Of a DNA stretch of 64,000 nucleotides, positions 18,701 to 28,059 are shown piece by piece. A program made the position numbers and the translations under genes. The stretch covers positions 1 to 64,000 of IMG/VR virus record IMGVR_UViG_3300044997_001199; one strand, given 5' to 3'. The notes under the pieces were generated by a model, which worked only from the letters and a program-made list of their open reading frames with translations, had not been told where the DNA came from and made no database searches. Position 1 is the first letter of the stretch. Each line of letters begins with the position of its first letter.

Positions 18701-19040
18701 CGCAGTGACCACTGCACTGGACCGTATCAACGTTGCACGATTGGTTTCGTTCCTGCGCGAACGCTTGGCAGAAATCGGTAAATTGTTCTTGTTCGAACCC
18801 AACGACCAGATCACGCGTGATGAAATCGCCAGTGTGTGCAACAGCCTCATGATCGACCTGATAGCCAAGCGAGCTATCTACGACTATCTGATTGTGTGCG
18901 ATCTGTCAAACAACACTCCGGCCAGAATTGATCGCAACGAACTGTGGGTAGACATCGCCATCGAGCCGGTCAAAGCCGTGGAATTTATCTACATACCGCT
19001 GCGTATCAAGAACACCGGTGAGATTTCAGGACAGCAGTAA
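15771..19040 (+). CDS. gp18: Tail sheath protein (expanded, 1089 aa)
   Basis: ISPGVEVVVIDES N-terminus; WLAPAGTRRG, LYERNVNPI, DRINVARL, FEPNDQITR, IEPVKAVEFIYIP C-terminus. Confidence 0.95.
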   Translation: MAQISPGVEVVVIDESQYIPSAVNTVPYFLVATAQNKVSGDGVTVAAGTTAANANRTFLISSQRDLVATFGVPFFYRTTTGTPINGYELNEYGLLAAYSALGVTNRAYVQRVDVDLPELTASLSRPRGEPANGTYWLDTSTTTWGIQEWNLATGKFSVKTPIQITDTALVVDAEDDDYTPLSTVGSIGDYAVVTLDLLNSGWYKNTDNAWVELGSDAWKRSWPTIVGAASPSSLSSGSNMFINDTLITVGAGSTALTVAGFAQAINNAAITGITAEAVNGRLNIYGDSTASNDGSTSLGGIIAVDPGPNGGTALLAALGIVSSEYQVTAFLQAYSYQIPRWRTTDGINASPTGSVWNNVSAVNNGTSLKIKVWSSTLGEWVAQNAPTHLTDQSANLALDPAGGGRNIPVGTFYTEFQNGDNTFIFQILERARFGATEVTGTTVPTSFRVGDTFSISGSAAGSADLNNGTVTIGGTGTVADFIAAVSASDIPFVSATVNSAGNIVFTHSQGGVIRLLDTVGTAVVTAGFTVNTPFCRLGIGASQRLVLSNWVTAPIFTYIPSAEAPQQNPDNGRLWYYSSVSDVDIMIQDNGVWQGYQNVSNDVRGFDLTLTNASGPIVSATEPLTQNDLAESPLQYGDLWIDTSDLENYPQLYRWQQVNGLDQWVLIDTTDQTTENGILFADARWAPNGTTDPITDPEPTIESLLISNYLDLDAPDPALYPQGMLLFNTRRSGYNIKSFQVNYFNAQRFPDDTVPTVTNTWLTASGNKTNGSMFAGRLAQRQIIIKALRAGITTSEAAREEQNQFNIIATPGYPELIADMIALSNERNNTLFVVGDTPVRLSPSGNDLVAWATNNNGLGLPNEDGQVATSNYAATFYPSCQTTDLSGNTVVAPPSHMMIRTILRSDAVSYPWLAPAGTRRGVVDNARAIGYINAETGEFETLAVRESLRDKLYERNVNPITFIPGVGITNFGNKTSAAVTTALDRINVARLVSFLRERLAEIGKLFLFEPNDQITRDEIASVCNSLMIDLIAKRAIYDYLIVCDLSNNTPARIDRNELWVDIAIEPVKAVEFIYIPLRIKNTGEISGQQ

Positions 19041-19106
19041 CGGGCATCTTGGGTAGAGATTTCGCAGTCTCTGCCCAAGGTAAATAAAGTATATAGGAGA
19101 TAGAAA

Positions 19107-19733
19107 ATGGCAGTCTCATCACTACAAAAAATGACAGTGCCCTTGGCCAGCGATCAGTCATCGTCCACTCAAGGTCTGTTGATGCCCAAGCTGCGTTATC
19201 GCTTCAGGGTAATGTTTGAAAACTTTGGCATATCAAAACCCACTACAGAATTGACCAAACAAGTGGTGTCGTTTAACCGCCCCAATCTTACGTTTGAAAA
19301 TATCGATCTGCCTGTGTACAACAGCGTATTGAAGTTGGCCGGCAAGCACTCGTGGGCCGATGTTTCCTGCGAAATACGCGACGATGCGTCGGGCGCGGTC
19401 AGCAGACTGGTCGGCGAGCAAATGCAGAAGCAGATGGATTTCCTGGAAATGGCATCGGCTGCATCAGGCATTGACTACAAATTCCTGACCAAGTTTGAAG
19501 TGCTGGACGGTGGCAACGGCGCTGCCGAACCTGTGGTATTGGAAACCTGGGAGCTCTATGGTTGCTATCTGCAGGCCGCAGACTATGGTGCCATGGCCTA
19601 TGGTACCAATGAACCAGCAACCATCTCACTGACCATACGCTACGACAACGCCAACCAAGTTCCCGAAGGCACTGGTATCGGCACCGAAATTGGTAGAACT
19701 GTCGGCGACATTGTCACCGGCGTTGGCATTTAA
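19107..19733 (+). CDS. gp19: Tail tube protein
   Basis: Directly after sheath; LMPKLRYRFRV, WELYGCY, ISLTIRYDNA; TAAATA at 19081. Confidence 0.85.
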   Translation: MAVSSLQKMTVPLASDQSSSTQGLLMPKLRYRFRVMFENFGISKPTTELTKQVVSFNRPNLTFENIDLPVYNSVLKLAGKHSWADVSCEIRDDASGAVSRLVGEQMQKQMDFLEMASAASGIDYKFLTKFEVLDGGNGAAEPVVLETWELYGCYLQAADYGAMAYGTNEPATISLTIRYDNANQVPEGTGIGTEIGRTVGDIVTGVGI

Positions 19734-19743
19734 AGGTTAGCCT

Positions 19744-20886
19744 GTGTCCAACGGCGGCGGCCCGTTTGGGATCGGCAATTCCATCCTAGGTCGGGCGCTA
19801 GGAGGGTTTTTAGGCAACAGCACCTTGCGTGATTACACTCACGCAAGTCGTGTTTTCGCAACCAACAGCTACGAACTCAAACCTCGCTTCAAGTTTCTAT
19901 TCCATGTGAGTTTTACCATCAACACCGCGGAAATACCCTATCTGCGCGGTGCATTTTCAAACAGCGACATACAAGAACTCAGCCTCATTGTAAAGAACGT
20001 AGATCTGCCAAAGTATACCATCGACACCGAGGTAATGAATCAATACAATCGCAAACGATTGATACAGAAACGCATCAACTATAGTCCGGTGAATCTTGCC
20101 TTCCATGACGACGGTGGAGACAATGCTCGCAGGCTGTGGTATTACTACTATACCTACTACTACAAAGATGCCACACAGCCCTATCTCACACCCAACGTGA
20201 CCAATGGATCTGCTGGTTCCAGCGCCAACCGCCAGTCTGGATTTGGGTACAACGCTGCAGATATCTATGACAACGAAATGCAGGTCAAGGACTGGGGATA
20301 CATCGGGGAAACCTGGACCGACGGCACCAGTGCCACATCGGGCAAACCACCGTTTTTCCGAGACATACGTATCTATGGCATGGACCAGAGAAAATTTGCT
20401 GAATATGTGTTGATCAACCCAATTATATCTGCCTGGAACCACGACACCTACAACTACAGCGAAGGTACTGGAATCATGCAGCATTCCATGACCATAGTCT
20501 ATGAAACCGTGAAATACTACGAAGGTGCCATTGGCTCCAGCAGACCCGACACCAATGTACAGGGATTTGCAGACCCCAGCCATTATGATACCAGGCCCAG
20601 TCCCATTGCGAGACCCGGCGCCAATCAAACCATATTTGGCCAAGGTGGTTTGTTGGATGCCGGCATTGGAATCATCAATGATCTACAGTCCGGTGGCAGA
20701 GCCGGTCTCATTGGTGCAGTGCAAACTGCCGGACGAGCAGCACAGACTCTGTCCAACAACCCCAATCTCAAGGCTACCATAGCCAATGAAGCACAGATCA
20801 TTGCACGCAATCAGATCCGGCAGTCGTTGCCCGGCGCAACACGATCTCTCGTCAATTCGTCAAGCGGCGTTTTTGTACCAAAATAG
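19744..20886 (+). CDS. Baseplate/tail-tube initiator-like protein
   Basis: Tube-fold-like motifs (VDLPKYTI, NQYNRKR, FHDD, MTIVYE) after the tube gene. Confidence 0.55.
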   Translation: MSNGGGPFGIGNSILGRALGGFLGNSTLRDYTHASRVFATNSYELKPRFKFLFHVSFTINTAEIPYLRGAFSNSDIQELSLIVKNVDLPKYTIDTEVMNQYNRKRLIQKRINYSPVNLAFHDDGGDNARRLWYYYYTYYYKDATQPYLTPNVTNGSAGSSANRQSGFGYNAADIYDNEMQVKDWGYIGETWTDGTSATSGKPPFFRDIRIYGMDQRKFAEYVLINPIISAWNHDTYNYSEGTGIMQHSMTIVYETVKYYEGAIGSSRPDTNVQGFADPSHYDTRPSPIARPGANQTIFGQGGLLDAGIGIINDLQSGGRAGLIGAVQTAGRAAQTLSNNPNLKATIANEAQIIARNQIRQSLPGATRSLVNSSSGVFVPK

Positions 20887-20903
20887 ATCTAGTAGATAAC
20901 CCC

Positions 20904-21269
20904 ATGACAACTGGATCCATCAACAACGTCAATTTCAACATCGATCAGACCGTGAGGATTTTTGATCAATTCTACGGGTTTGAGCGATTCGTGCCTGCTG
21001 CAGAATATGATGTGATCAACTCATATTTCCGCAGTGTCATGACCAGTCCCATTACAGCTGACTATTTTACCGTGGCACTGTTCCAGGTAGCCGAACAGTC
21101 TGGAATAGAACCACTGACCTTGTTGAACGAGTTTCAAGGCCTCAACGGTATCGAGTTGTCGGCCAGTTTGACCTACTACCTCAATCAACTGCGTAGCCGT
21201 GCTGCCTTGTTGGGTCTAGGGGTACCAGTGGTTCCTAACTTTTATGCTGCTCGCAATGTGCTGCAATGA
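20904..21269 (+). CDS. Hypothetical protein
   Basis: 121-aa ORF in operon, ATGA overlap with next gene. Confidence 0.7.
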   Translation: MTTGSINNVNFNIDQTVRIFDQFYGFERFVPAAEYDVINSYFRSVMTSPITADYFTVALFQVAEQSGIEPLTLLNEFQGLNGIELSASLTYYLNQLRSRAALLGLGVPVVPNFYAARNVLQ

Positions 21270-21697
21270 AACGGTGGGCGCAAGGCATCTATGAAGTACT
21301 GAATCCTCAAAAATACGTAGGCAAGCATAGACCTCGTTATCGGTCGGGTTGGGAGCACAGTTTCATGCAATTCTGTGATACCAACGATCATGTGCTGCAA
21401 TGGGCCAGCGAAAGCGTGACCATACCCTATCGCCATCCGCTGACCGGCAAGATCACTAACTATGTGCCCGACTTCATCATAGTGTATCGCAATCGCGACA
21501 ACACAGTGCGTGCCGAATTGATCGAAATCAAACCCAAAAAACAAAGTGTGGTTGAATCAAAGATGAGTAACAGAGATCGTGCGATAGTGGCAGTAAACTA
21601 TGCCAAATGGGATTGTGCTACCAAGTGGGCCAAACGACATGGCATGACCTTTCGGGTAATCACTGAATCTGACATGTTTCACACAGGATCCCGTTAG
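21266..21697 (+). CDS. gp4: Head completion nuclease (T4 gp4/TnsA-like)
   Basis: NPQKYVG...YRSGWE..F..FCD.N..VLQWASE...IPY...YVPDF...LIEIKPKKQ. Confidence 0.88.
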   Translation: MKRWAQGIYEVLNPQKYVGKHRPRYRSGWEHSFMQFCDTNDHVLQWASESVTIPYRHPLTGKITNYVPDFIIVYRNRDNTVRAELIEIKPKKQSVVESKMSNRDRAIVAVNYAKWDCATKWAKRHGMTFRVITESDMFHTGSR

Positions 21698-21711
21698 CCG
21701 GTAAATACGGC

Positions 21712-22191
21712 ATGACAAAAAAATTGGAAGAACTTTTTGACCTGCCACGCAGCACAAATTTTGATTCCGGACCCATGGAAAATCTGCATGATCAGATCAT
21801 ATCCATAGATGCGACCATAGACAAGATTGACACGGCCTTGCCACAGGTACGTGGTCTGGATGCATCGGACAAAGAAATGGACGATCTGGCAGAGATGGCC
21901 GCAGCTAGTTATCGAGACCTCATGGATCTTGGTATGCAGGTAGATTCAAGATTTGCCAGTGATATCTTTTCTGTAGCTTCAAACATGTTGGGTCATGCGA
22001 TCACCGCAAAAACAGCCAAATTAGATAAAAAGCTCAAAATGGTCGATCTACAACTCAAGAAGATGCGTCTGGATCAAAATCAGCCCGAGTTGGCGTCGCA
22101 CCCCACGGCGCAGGGAACTGGTGTAGTACTGAGCCGTAATGATTTGTTGGGGCGCATTTTAGGTACCAAACAAAATGACAACAAAGAATAA
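21712..22191 (+). CDS. Probable terminase small subunit
   Basis: Helical protein after gp4 (YRDLMDLG...FSVASNML...KLKMVDLQ); TAAATA at 21702. Confidence 0.5.
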   Translation: MTKKLEELFDLPRSTNFDSGPMENLHDQIISIDATIDKIDTALPQVRGLDASDKEMDDLAEMAAASYRDLMDLGMQVDSRFASDIFSVASNMLGHAITAKTAKLDKKLKMVDLQLKKMRLDQNQPELASHPTAQGTGVVLSRNDLLGRILGTKQNDNKE

Positions 22192-22212
22192 ATATACAAC
22201 AGGATATCTCAA

Positions 22213-22821
22213 ATGAAATCATTCGCCAAATACCTAGCCGAAAGTGAACGCACCTATGATTATCGCATCAAAATTTGTGGTCGCGTGCCCAGTGAGTTCG
22301 TAAAAAAACTCAAATCAAAGTTTGACCAATTTGACCCAGTGCGCATGGGCGATGTCAAGACCACTCCCATCCAGTCAGTGCTCACAGACTTTCCCAACTT
22401 CCGCAACGACGCCGTGACCATGTTTGATGTGAGCTTTCGTTACCCGGCTATCGAACCGCAGATCAAGCAGTTGGCACAGTTGTTGCACCTTGATCCCAAC
22501 CGTATTGTCATGCACACAGTGACCTGGGACAACAGCATGACTCAGGAAATGCAAGACATCGAGTCGGAAAACAAGGGTCTGCTCACAGATACCGACTATC
22601 CTGCACCAGATGCAGAGCAGCGCGAGCTCAAAAAAGACTACAGTGCCGAACCACATGATCACGTGGTGCTCAAAAACGCATACCGCACCGACTTCACCGT
22701 GGCCGGCGGACGCACTGCCCTGGCCAAGACCACAAATGAATTGCCCATGGGAACTAACAGTCCCATGAGCCGTATCAAACGTCCGCCCAAGCCGCCCACC
22801 GGCGCACAGCCCCGGGGATAG
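22213..22821 (+). CDS. Hypothetical virion protein
   Basis: MKSFAKYLAES start typical of T4-like head-associated proteins; TAAATA at 22189. Confidence 0.7.
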   Translation: MKSFAKYLAESERTYDYRIKICGRVPSEFVKKLKSKFDQFDPVRMGDVKTTPIQSVLTDFPNFRNDAVTMFDVSFRYPAIEPQIKQLAQLLHLDPNRIVMHTVTWDNSMTQEMQDIESENKGLLTDTDYPAPDAEQRELKKDYSAEPHDHVVLKNAYRTDFTVAGGRTALAKTTNELPMGTNSPMSRIKRPPKPPTGAQPRG

Positions 22822-22889
22822 GGTAAACAAAAATGTAGTTCACGGGATTGCCGCCCCTAACTGCTCTAACGCTATAGAGGAGCGTCCGC

Positions 22890-23084
22890 ATGAGTACTTA
22901 TTCACGTGTTAATTATCGTAAAATCTATGAGAAACATTTTGGATCAATTCCAAAAGAACCCAGTGGTAGAAGTTACGAAATACATCATAAAGATAGAGAC
23001 CATGTCAACAATGATCCATCCAACTTGATAGCAGTGACACTACAGGAACACTATGATTTACATTATGCTCAAGGCGACTTTTGA
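22890..23084 (+). pseudogene. Truncated HNH homing endonuclease
   Basis: YRKIYEKHFG.IPK...YEIHHKDRDHVNNDPSNLIAVTLQEHYDLH stops just after the HNH core; no DNA-binding tail. Confidence 0.75.
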
Positions 23085-23152
23085 GCATCAGTATTCATCA
23101 GATAAACAATCGCATACGTTCATAAATAATTTATAATGTCAAGGAGTCCAAT

Positions 23153-25138
23153 GTGAGCACATTTTTTTACGATCTAAATCGCAGACTCAACGAACTGGCT
23201 GCACCAAAAGAAACCCTAAACGAAGGTGTCAGTGCCACTGACTACAATCCCAAAAGTCAGGGGGGTTCACGCAAAGAGTCGACGGCCAAGTACCACAAGA
23301 CTCGAGATCTCCAAGATGCTGCGGCTGCTCGACGTGCCGGCGCCACCCAAAAAGAACTCAAAGCTGTGGAGGAAGGTTCCTGCGGTCGCATGGAAGAGGT
23401 CTCTTATTCTGCCAGGGCAGCACGTGCCGGCAAAGACATTGGCAAACCCAGCAAGAACTTTGCCAAGATTGCCAAGTCTGCGTCGGAACGCCACGGCAGC
23501 GAAGAACGCGGAGGAAAAGTCGCAGGTGCTGTGCTGGCCAAACTGCGTGCTAAAGAATCGGTAGAAGAAGCCGACATGGACGAAGGCAACGAATTCTCGG
23601 GTGCACTGGCCAAGGCTCGTGAGACCGGATCGTCCACGTTCAAAGTCGACGGCAAAATCTACAAGGTCACAGAAGCCGAACTAGACGAACGCGAATTTGA
23701 TACCAAAGAAAAGTTTGATCTCCGGGCGCAGCCCGGGGATACCTATCGTGGTGCCAAGGGTACCATTACCAAAACACTCTCGGGGATGACACATCGCCGC
23801 CGAGCAGAACAAGAACGCGAAGTTGCGGACGATGACGATGACAAGCTCAAGACCATGGGTCGTCCCACAGGCACCAAGCGCGCCATTGGCGCCACGGGAC
23901 CCACAGGTCGCAGCAAACTGCTCAAGAAAGATGCCATTGGCGAATCCGACATGGACGAAGATTACGACCGCGACGAATACGACAAAGAAGGTGAAATGGC
24001 CAAGAGTCAGAGTTATACCATTGCCGACGCAGCCATGGATCTTCGAGACATGCTGGCAGACAATGAAAACCTGCCCGAATGGGTACAGAAGAAAATTACC
24101 TTGGCTCAGGAATACATAGATTCGGCCCGCGACTATCTCAAGGCCAATCGTCCCGAAGACGAAATGGTAGCCGAAAAGGCAGTGAGTCAAGCTCAACGCA
24201 GGGCCGCAGGCATCGCTCGTGCAGCACAAAAAGGCTACATTCCACGTAGCGAACTGCGTGGCGCATCAAAGGCCATGGCCGAGATGCCTACCGGTGAACT
24301 GAAGAAATTTGCCAAGACCAAGGAAAAAGGTCTACCCGAGAAAGTCCGAGAAGGTGACACGGGTCAAGCAGATGCTCGTCGATCTGTGCCTTCCGGCAAA
24401 GAACACAACGAAAAAGTTTTTGCCAAACATCGCGAATGCACCAAACGAGAAAGCGAAGGAAACAAAAAGGAAAAGCCAGTAAAAGAAACTACGGTAGCAG
24501 GATCAGTGGCACCTACCGCTGACGCACCGACTAAAGGCAAAGGTAGCATGCAGCTTGGCAAAGGAATCTATGATTCGTTCAACCGCGAAGTAGAAAACCT
24601 TATCGCCGAAAGCATGGCAGTCAGCATGGAATACAGCACAGAAAATCAACCCAGTGTCACAGTCGAAGCTACCGATCAAGATGCTGTGAAGCTGATCAAA
24701 CTCCTAAAGATGGCCGGCGTGGGCACCATGGGTGCAGATTCGCATGCTTGCCCTACCTGCAGTCAGGAGCCCTGTGTTTGTGCTGAGCAGGTAGATGAAA
24801 ATCAACCTGATTGGCCTACCAACACTGAAACATCCAATGATGCTCTGCAATACGCAGGTGGCCTCAACAAGCCCAAGTCAACTGGCCAAACCACAGCACC
24901 TATCGTGGCCAGCCAGATGGATCGCATAGAGTCGGACGACGATGATGATGACCTGGATCGACTGCGCGAAATGGCAGGCATCGTAGAAGCAGCAAAGCCA
25001 GACTACATCGATTTGGACAACGACGGTGATCGCAAGGAATCCATGAAAAAGGCAGCGGCAGAAAAGCACAAAGGCAACAAAGAAGTCCAAGAAAGCATTC
25101 TTGCCATGAGTCAACTGTGGAAAGCATACAAGGCCTGA
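23153..25138 (+). CDS. Modular internal head protein with a DUF3008-like module
   Basis: Many (V/L/I/M)xE junctions; AVSQAQRRAAGIA..KG...GASKAMAEM...LKKFAKTKEKGLPEKV; DLDNDGD loop. Confidence 0.7.
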   Translation: MSTFFYDLNRRLNELAAPKETLNEGVSATDYNPKSQGGSRKESTAKYHKTRDLQDAAAARRAGATQKELKAVEEGSCGRMEEVSYSARAARAGKDIGKPSKNFAKIAKSASERHGSEERGGKVAGAVLAKLRAKESVEEADMDEGNEFSGALAKARETGSSTFKVDGKIYKVTEAELDEREFDTKEKFDLRAQPGDTYRGAKGTITKTLSGMTHRRRAEQEREVADDDDDKLKTMGRPTGTKRAIGATGPTGRSKLLKKDAIGESDMDEDYDRDEYDKEGEMAKSQSYTIADAAMDLRDMLADNENLPEWVQKKITLAQEYIDSARDYLKANRPEDEMVAEKAVSQAQRRAAGIARAAQKGYIPRSELRGASKAMAEMPTGELKKFAKTKEKGLPEKVREGDTGQADARRSVPSGKEHNEKVFAKHRECTKRESEGNKKEKPVKETTVAGSVAPTADAPTKGKGSMQLGKGIYDSFNREVENLIAESMAVSMEYSTENQPSVTVEATDQDAVKLIKLLKMAGVGTMGADSHACPTCSQEPCVCAEQVDENQPDWPTNTETSNDALQYAGGLNKPKSTGQTTAPIVASQMDRIESDDDDDDLDRLREMAGIVEAAKPDYIDLDNDGDRKESMKKAAAEKHKGNKEVQESILAMSQLWKAYKA

Positions 25139-25142
25139 CAAC

Positions 25143-26687
25143 ATGACAAAAAATCTGCGCGATTACATAACAGAAACCGAATCCACACAGGATCATCCGG
25201 CGTCGGGCGATCACTTTTCGATCAACATACGAGAAGAATGCCTGCTGGAAACTGCCATCGTAGATGTTGTCGAAGACAGTGTGATATTAGAAGCCGATGA
25301 TCGGTTCATGGAAATCCTGGAAAGTTATGGCATGCTGTCCAAAGACAGTCGCGATGCAATACGCAGTGCTATCTCGCGCAGAATTATGAGCCATCACATG
25401 GATCTACTGAGCCGCCACGGAATCGACCGTGTGCTGGCTGCCATCGATGATGCAGCGGATTATTATGGCAACGGCGATCTTGACGAAATTGGTACGTCGG
25501 ATGTGTCAGCATTTGTCAACTTAGTACGCCAGGGCCTCGAAGGGTCAGACCGTGTGGACGAACTCAGCTCAGGCCGCGTAGAACGCTACATGCAAGCAGC
25601 ACAGCGCGACATGGCCCGTCATGCAGCAGCAGCCAAGACTCGGCGTCATGTGCACGGCCCGGAGGACTGGCAGGCACAGGAGCACGAACGCGAGGCCGAT
25701 CGCAGAGAATGCGGCCTTGAGAGAGCACAACGTCGTATGCAAGAACAAAACGATATTCCGGGCTTCATGGGTGTCGAAGAAGATTGGGTAGAAGAAGGTG
25801 CCATGAAAGCCATCGCGATCCAATACCAAGATTGGAAACGGATGTCGCCGAGGGAGTTTTTTACGGCATACCGTGTGACCAAGGATGCCTGGATGGCCAA
25901 GTACCGAGACATAGTCAAGGCCACGGAAGCATATGAGTTGGACGAAATGCGCCGTAGAGCAGGTCTAGCTGAGGGCGACATTTCGCAACGGGAAAAAGAC
26001 ATCGCTGATGCTCCGGTCCGGCCTATCGCCAGCATGGAAGGATCATGCGTATACATGAGAGAAGTACTAGATCGTCTGGGGAACGTCAGCGACGATAAAC
26101 CAACCGGCAATGCTTACGAAATGGGCCATCGTGCTGCTGCATTGTACCACAAGAGCCGTAGTTCAAACCCATTCCAAGACACTGATCCCAGTAAAGCCAT
26201 GGAGTGGGAAGATGGCTGGTGCAAGGGAGCTGCAGAAGAAGGACTCGACGAGGCTGCAGAATACGACGTGGCAGCAGCGCGTGCCAGTCGCGACAAGATC
26301 GACCGTCCGGCAGTTTTTAGAAAACAAGAGCGTTTTTTGCCCAGCAAGAGCCGTGACTGGCAGGCTTCGTTACAAGATCTCGAACAGGCTGCTGATCTAC
26401 ACCGTCGTGAATTTGCTACACGCCAAAAAGAAATGGGCATCGACGAAGCCGAATATCAGGGACGCGAAGTGGCCTTGGGCAAGCCCATGCAAGGCGATGT
26501 CAAAAAGTTCAAGGTTTATGTCAAAGATCCTAAAACAGGCAATGTCAAGAAAGTGAACTTTGGCGACCCTAACATGCGTATCAAAAAATCAAATCCCGCG
26601 CGCCGAAGAAGTTTTCGCGCTCGTCACAATTGCGACACTGCAAAAGATAGAACTTCGGCTAGGTATTGGTCGTGTCGTAAATGGTAG
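25143..26687 (+). CDS. Modular internal head protein with a conserved basic C-terminal domain
   Basis: xxE junctions; C-terminal KKFKVYVKDPKTGNVKKVNFGDPNMRIKKSNPARRRSFRARHNC...ARYWSCRKW. Confidence 0.7.
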   Translation: MTKNLRDYITETESTQDHPASGDHFSINIREECLLETAIVDVVEDSVILEADDRFMEILESYGMLSKDSRDAIRSAISRRIMSHHMDLLSRHGIDRVLAAIDDAADYYGNGDLDEIGTSDVSAFVNLVRQGLEGSDRVDELSSGRVERYMQAAQRDMARHAAAAKTRRHVHGPEDWQAQEHEREADRRECGLERAQRRMQEQNDIPGFMGVEEDWVEEGAMKAIAIQYQDWKRMSPREFFTAYRVTKDAWMAKYRDIVKATEAYELDEMRRRAGLAEGDISQREKDIADAPVRPIASMEGSCVYMREVLDRLGNVSDDKPTGNAYEMGHRAAALYHKSRSSNPFQDTDPSKAMEWEDGWCKGAAEEGLDEAAEYDVAAARASRDKIDRPAVFRKQERFLPSKSRDWQASLQDLEQAADLHRREFATRQKEMGIDEAEYQGREVALGKPMQGDVKKFKVYVKDPKTGNVKKVNFGDPNMRIKKSNPARRRSFRARHNCDTAKDRTSARYWSCRKW

Positions 26688-26696
26688 AAAAATAAA

Positions 26697-26870
26697 ATGC
26701 TAAAAGTATACACCACCGTTGCTCAATCTCAAACCCCGGAGGATCTCATGCGTACTATGCCGCAACCTGTTGCAGTTCCACAACCTTATGTAGAAATTCC
26801 CGGAGTGCTCAATCAAACTCGTAATCTTTATCGGCCCTACACCGGTCGTGACGCCAAGGACAACAAATAA
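26697..26870 (+). CDS. Small hypothetical protein (57 aa, not in ORF track)
   Basis: MLKVYTTVAQSQTPEDLMRTMPQPVAVPQPYVEIPGVLNQTRNLYRPYTGRDAKDNK*; fills the gap, TAATG overlap with next gene. Confidence 0.6.
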   Translation: MLKVYTTVAQSQTPEDLMRTMPQPVAVPQPYVEIPGVLNQTRNLYRPYTGRDAKDNK

Positions 26871-27169
26871 TGGTTGCAAACGTCTATACTGCTCTGGCCA
26901 ACGCAGTGGTCTATACAGATAAACTTGAAATTGCCACTTCGACCACCGCAGTGACTTATCAGGTCTATGCCACTGCATTGGGCAGCCAACCAGCGGTTGG
27001 AAATCTTTATTCAGCTCCGGTGCAGCTACCGGCTAGTTCGATTAACCAGGTCTATGTGGGCGTGGGAAATCGGGTCACAGTGACCGGTGCCAACTGGACT
27101 GCGACTGAACTTGGCACCAGAACATCTGCACAGGCCGGAGTGATCGCAAACACAGGTACTGGGCACTGA
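26870..27169 (+). CDS. Hypothetical virion protein
   Basis: 99-aa beta-rich ORF in late operon. Confidence 0.7.
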   Translation: MVANVYTALANAVVYTDKLEIATSTTAVTYQVYATALGSQPAVGNLYSAPVQLPASSINQVYVGVGNRVTVTGANWTATELGTRTSAQAGVIANTGTGH

Positions 27170-27174
27170 TTCTC

Positions 27175-27549
27175 GTGCGTGCAAGAGAATTCATCGCGGA
27201 AGTAGCCGGAAACGCACCCATCGGCAAGCGCAAACGATATGCCACGCGCGGTCTCAATCTCTTTCGCGATCGCGAACGGTGGAACACAGACTACACGCTG
27301 AATCGTGTGATGATGGCCGCTGCGGCCACTGATGGCACTTTTGTACCGGACATGGACAAAAAATCCTGGATAGGCAAACACAAATCTGCACATCCGTATA
27401 CCCGCGAGGAACAAGACATACTCAAGATGGCTTTCCGGGCCGCTGGTGCTGATTGGTATGACCTCAATCACGGTGACATGGAGTCCGAGGAGGTACCGGA
27501 TACCAACACACGTAGTCCTGTGGTGGGGTTCAAGGGTTATACGCGATGA
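27175..27549 (+). CDS. Hypothetical protein, MRAREFI paralogue 1
   Basis: Shares start and C-terminal SP..F.GY.R with the next gene. Confidence 0.75.
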   Translation: MRAREFIAEVAGNAPIGKRKRYATRGLNLFRDRERWNTDYTLNRVMMAAAATDGTFVPDMDKKSWIGKHKSAHPYTREEQDILKMAFRAAGADWYDLNHGDMESEEVPDTNTRSPVVGFKGYTR

Positions 27550-27932
27550 GAGCACGCGAATTTATCCGAGAACATCGAGAGTTACCGCCCGAGATAGACG
27601 GACCGCTGAGCTATACCTATGTACTGCCGGGATTGAGTACCGATAATACTTACCAACACTATAGATTTGGAGTGGCCATTGCCCGTGCTAGGTCAGATTA
27701 CATCGACGATGATGTTAACCCTTATCGTCCTGTGTGGTCACCCGAACCTGCGTTCGGTAAGCATAGCGTAGTAGTGGGCATGGATGCAGGCATCGAGCAA
27801 GTGATCGACCAGGCACTCAGCATGACCAAGACCCCGGGCGGCCGACGCCCGGGGAGTTCTTCTACCAGCAATGAACCCGCCTTGGTCAATGCGCAAAGTC
27901 CTCTCAAACCGTTCTGCGGATACCCTAGATAG
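27546..27932 (+). CDS. Hypothetical protein, MRAREFI paralogue 2
   Basis: ATGA overlap; paralogous termini. Confidence 0.75.
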   Translation: MRAREFIREHRELPPEIDGPLSYTYVLPGLSTDNTYQHYRFGVAIARARSDYIDDDVNPYRPVWSPEPAFGKHSVVVGMDAGIEQVIDQALSMTKTPGGRRPGSSSTSNEPALVNAQSPLKPFCGYPR

Positions 27933-28059
27933 TCCTTGTTGTGATTGACGATGCCGACACAGTTGGCTACCGTGGCCTATTATCGATTTTATCAGCCAGG
28001 AAAAGAAATATGGATATATATTGTGTGTCTCTTTAAAATATTACAAAAGAATTAAACCA

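Noticed and set aside
1279-23105. TGA recoding (codes 4/25), suggested by in-frame TGA at 1312 and 23082
   Set aside because: Many core genes end in TGA, often with ATGA overlaps, and the HNH frame stops again six codons later
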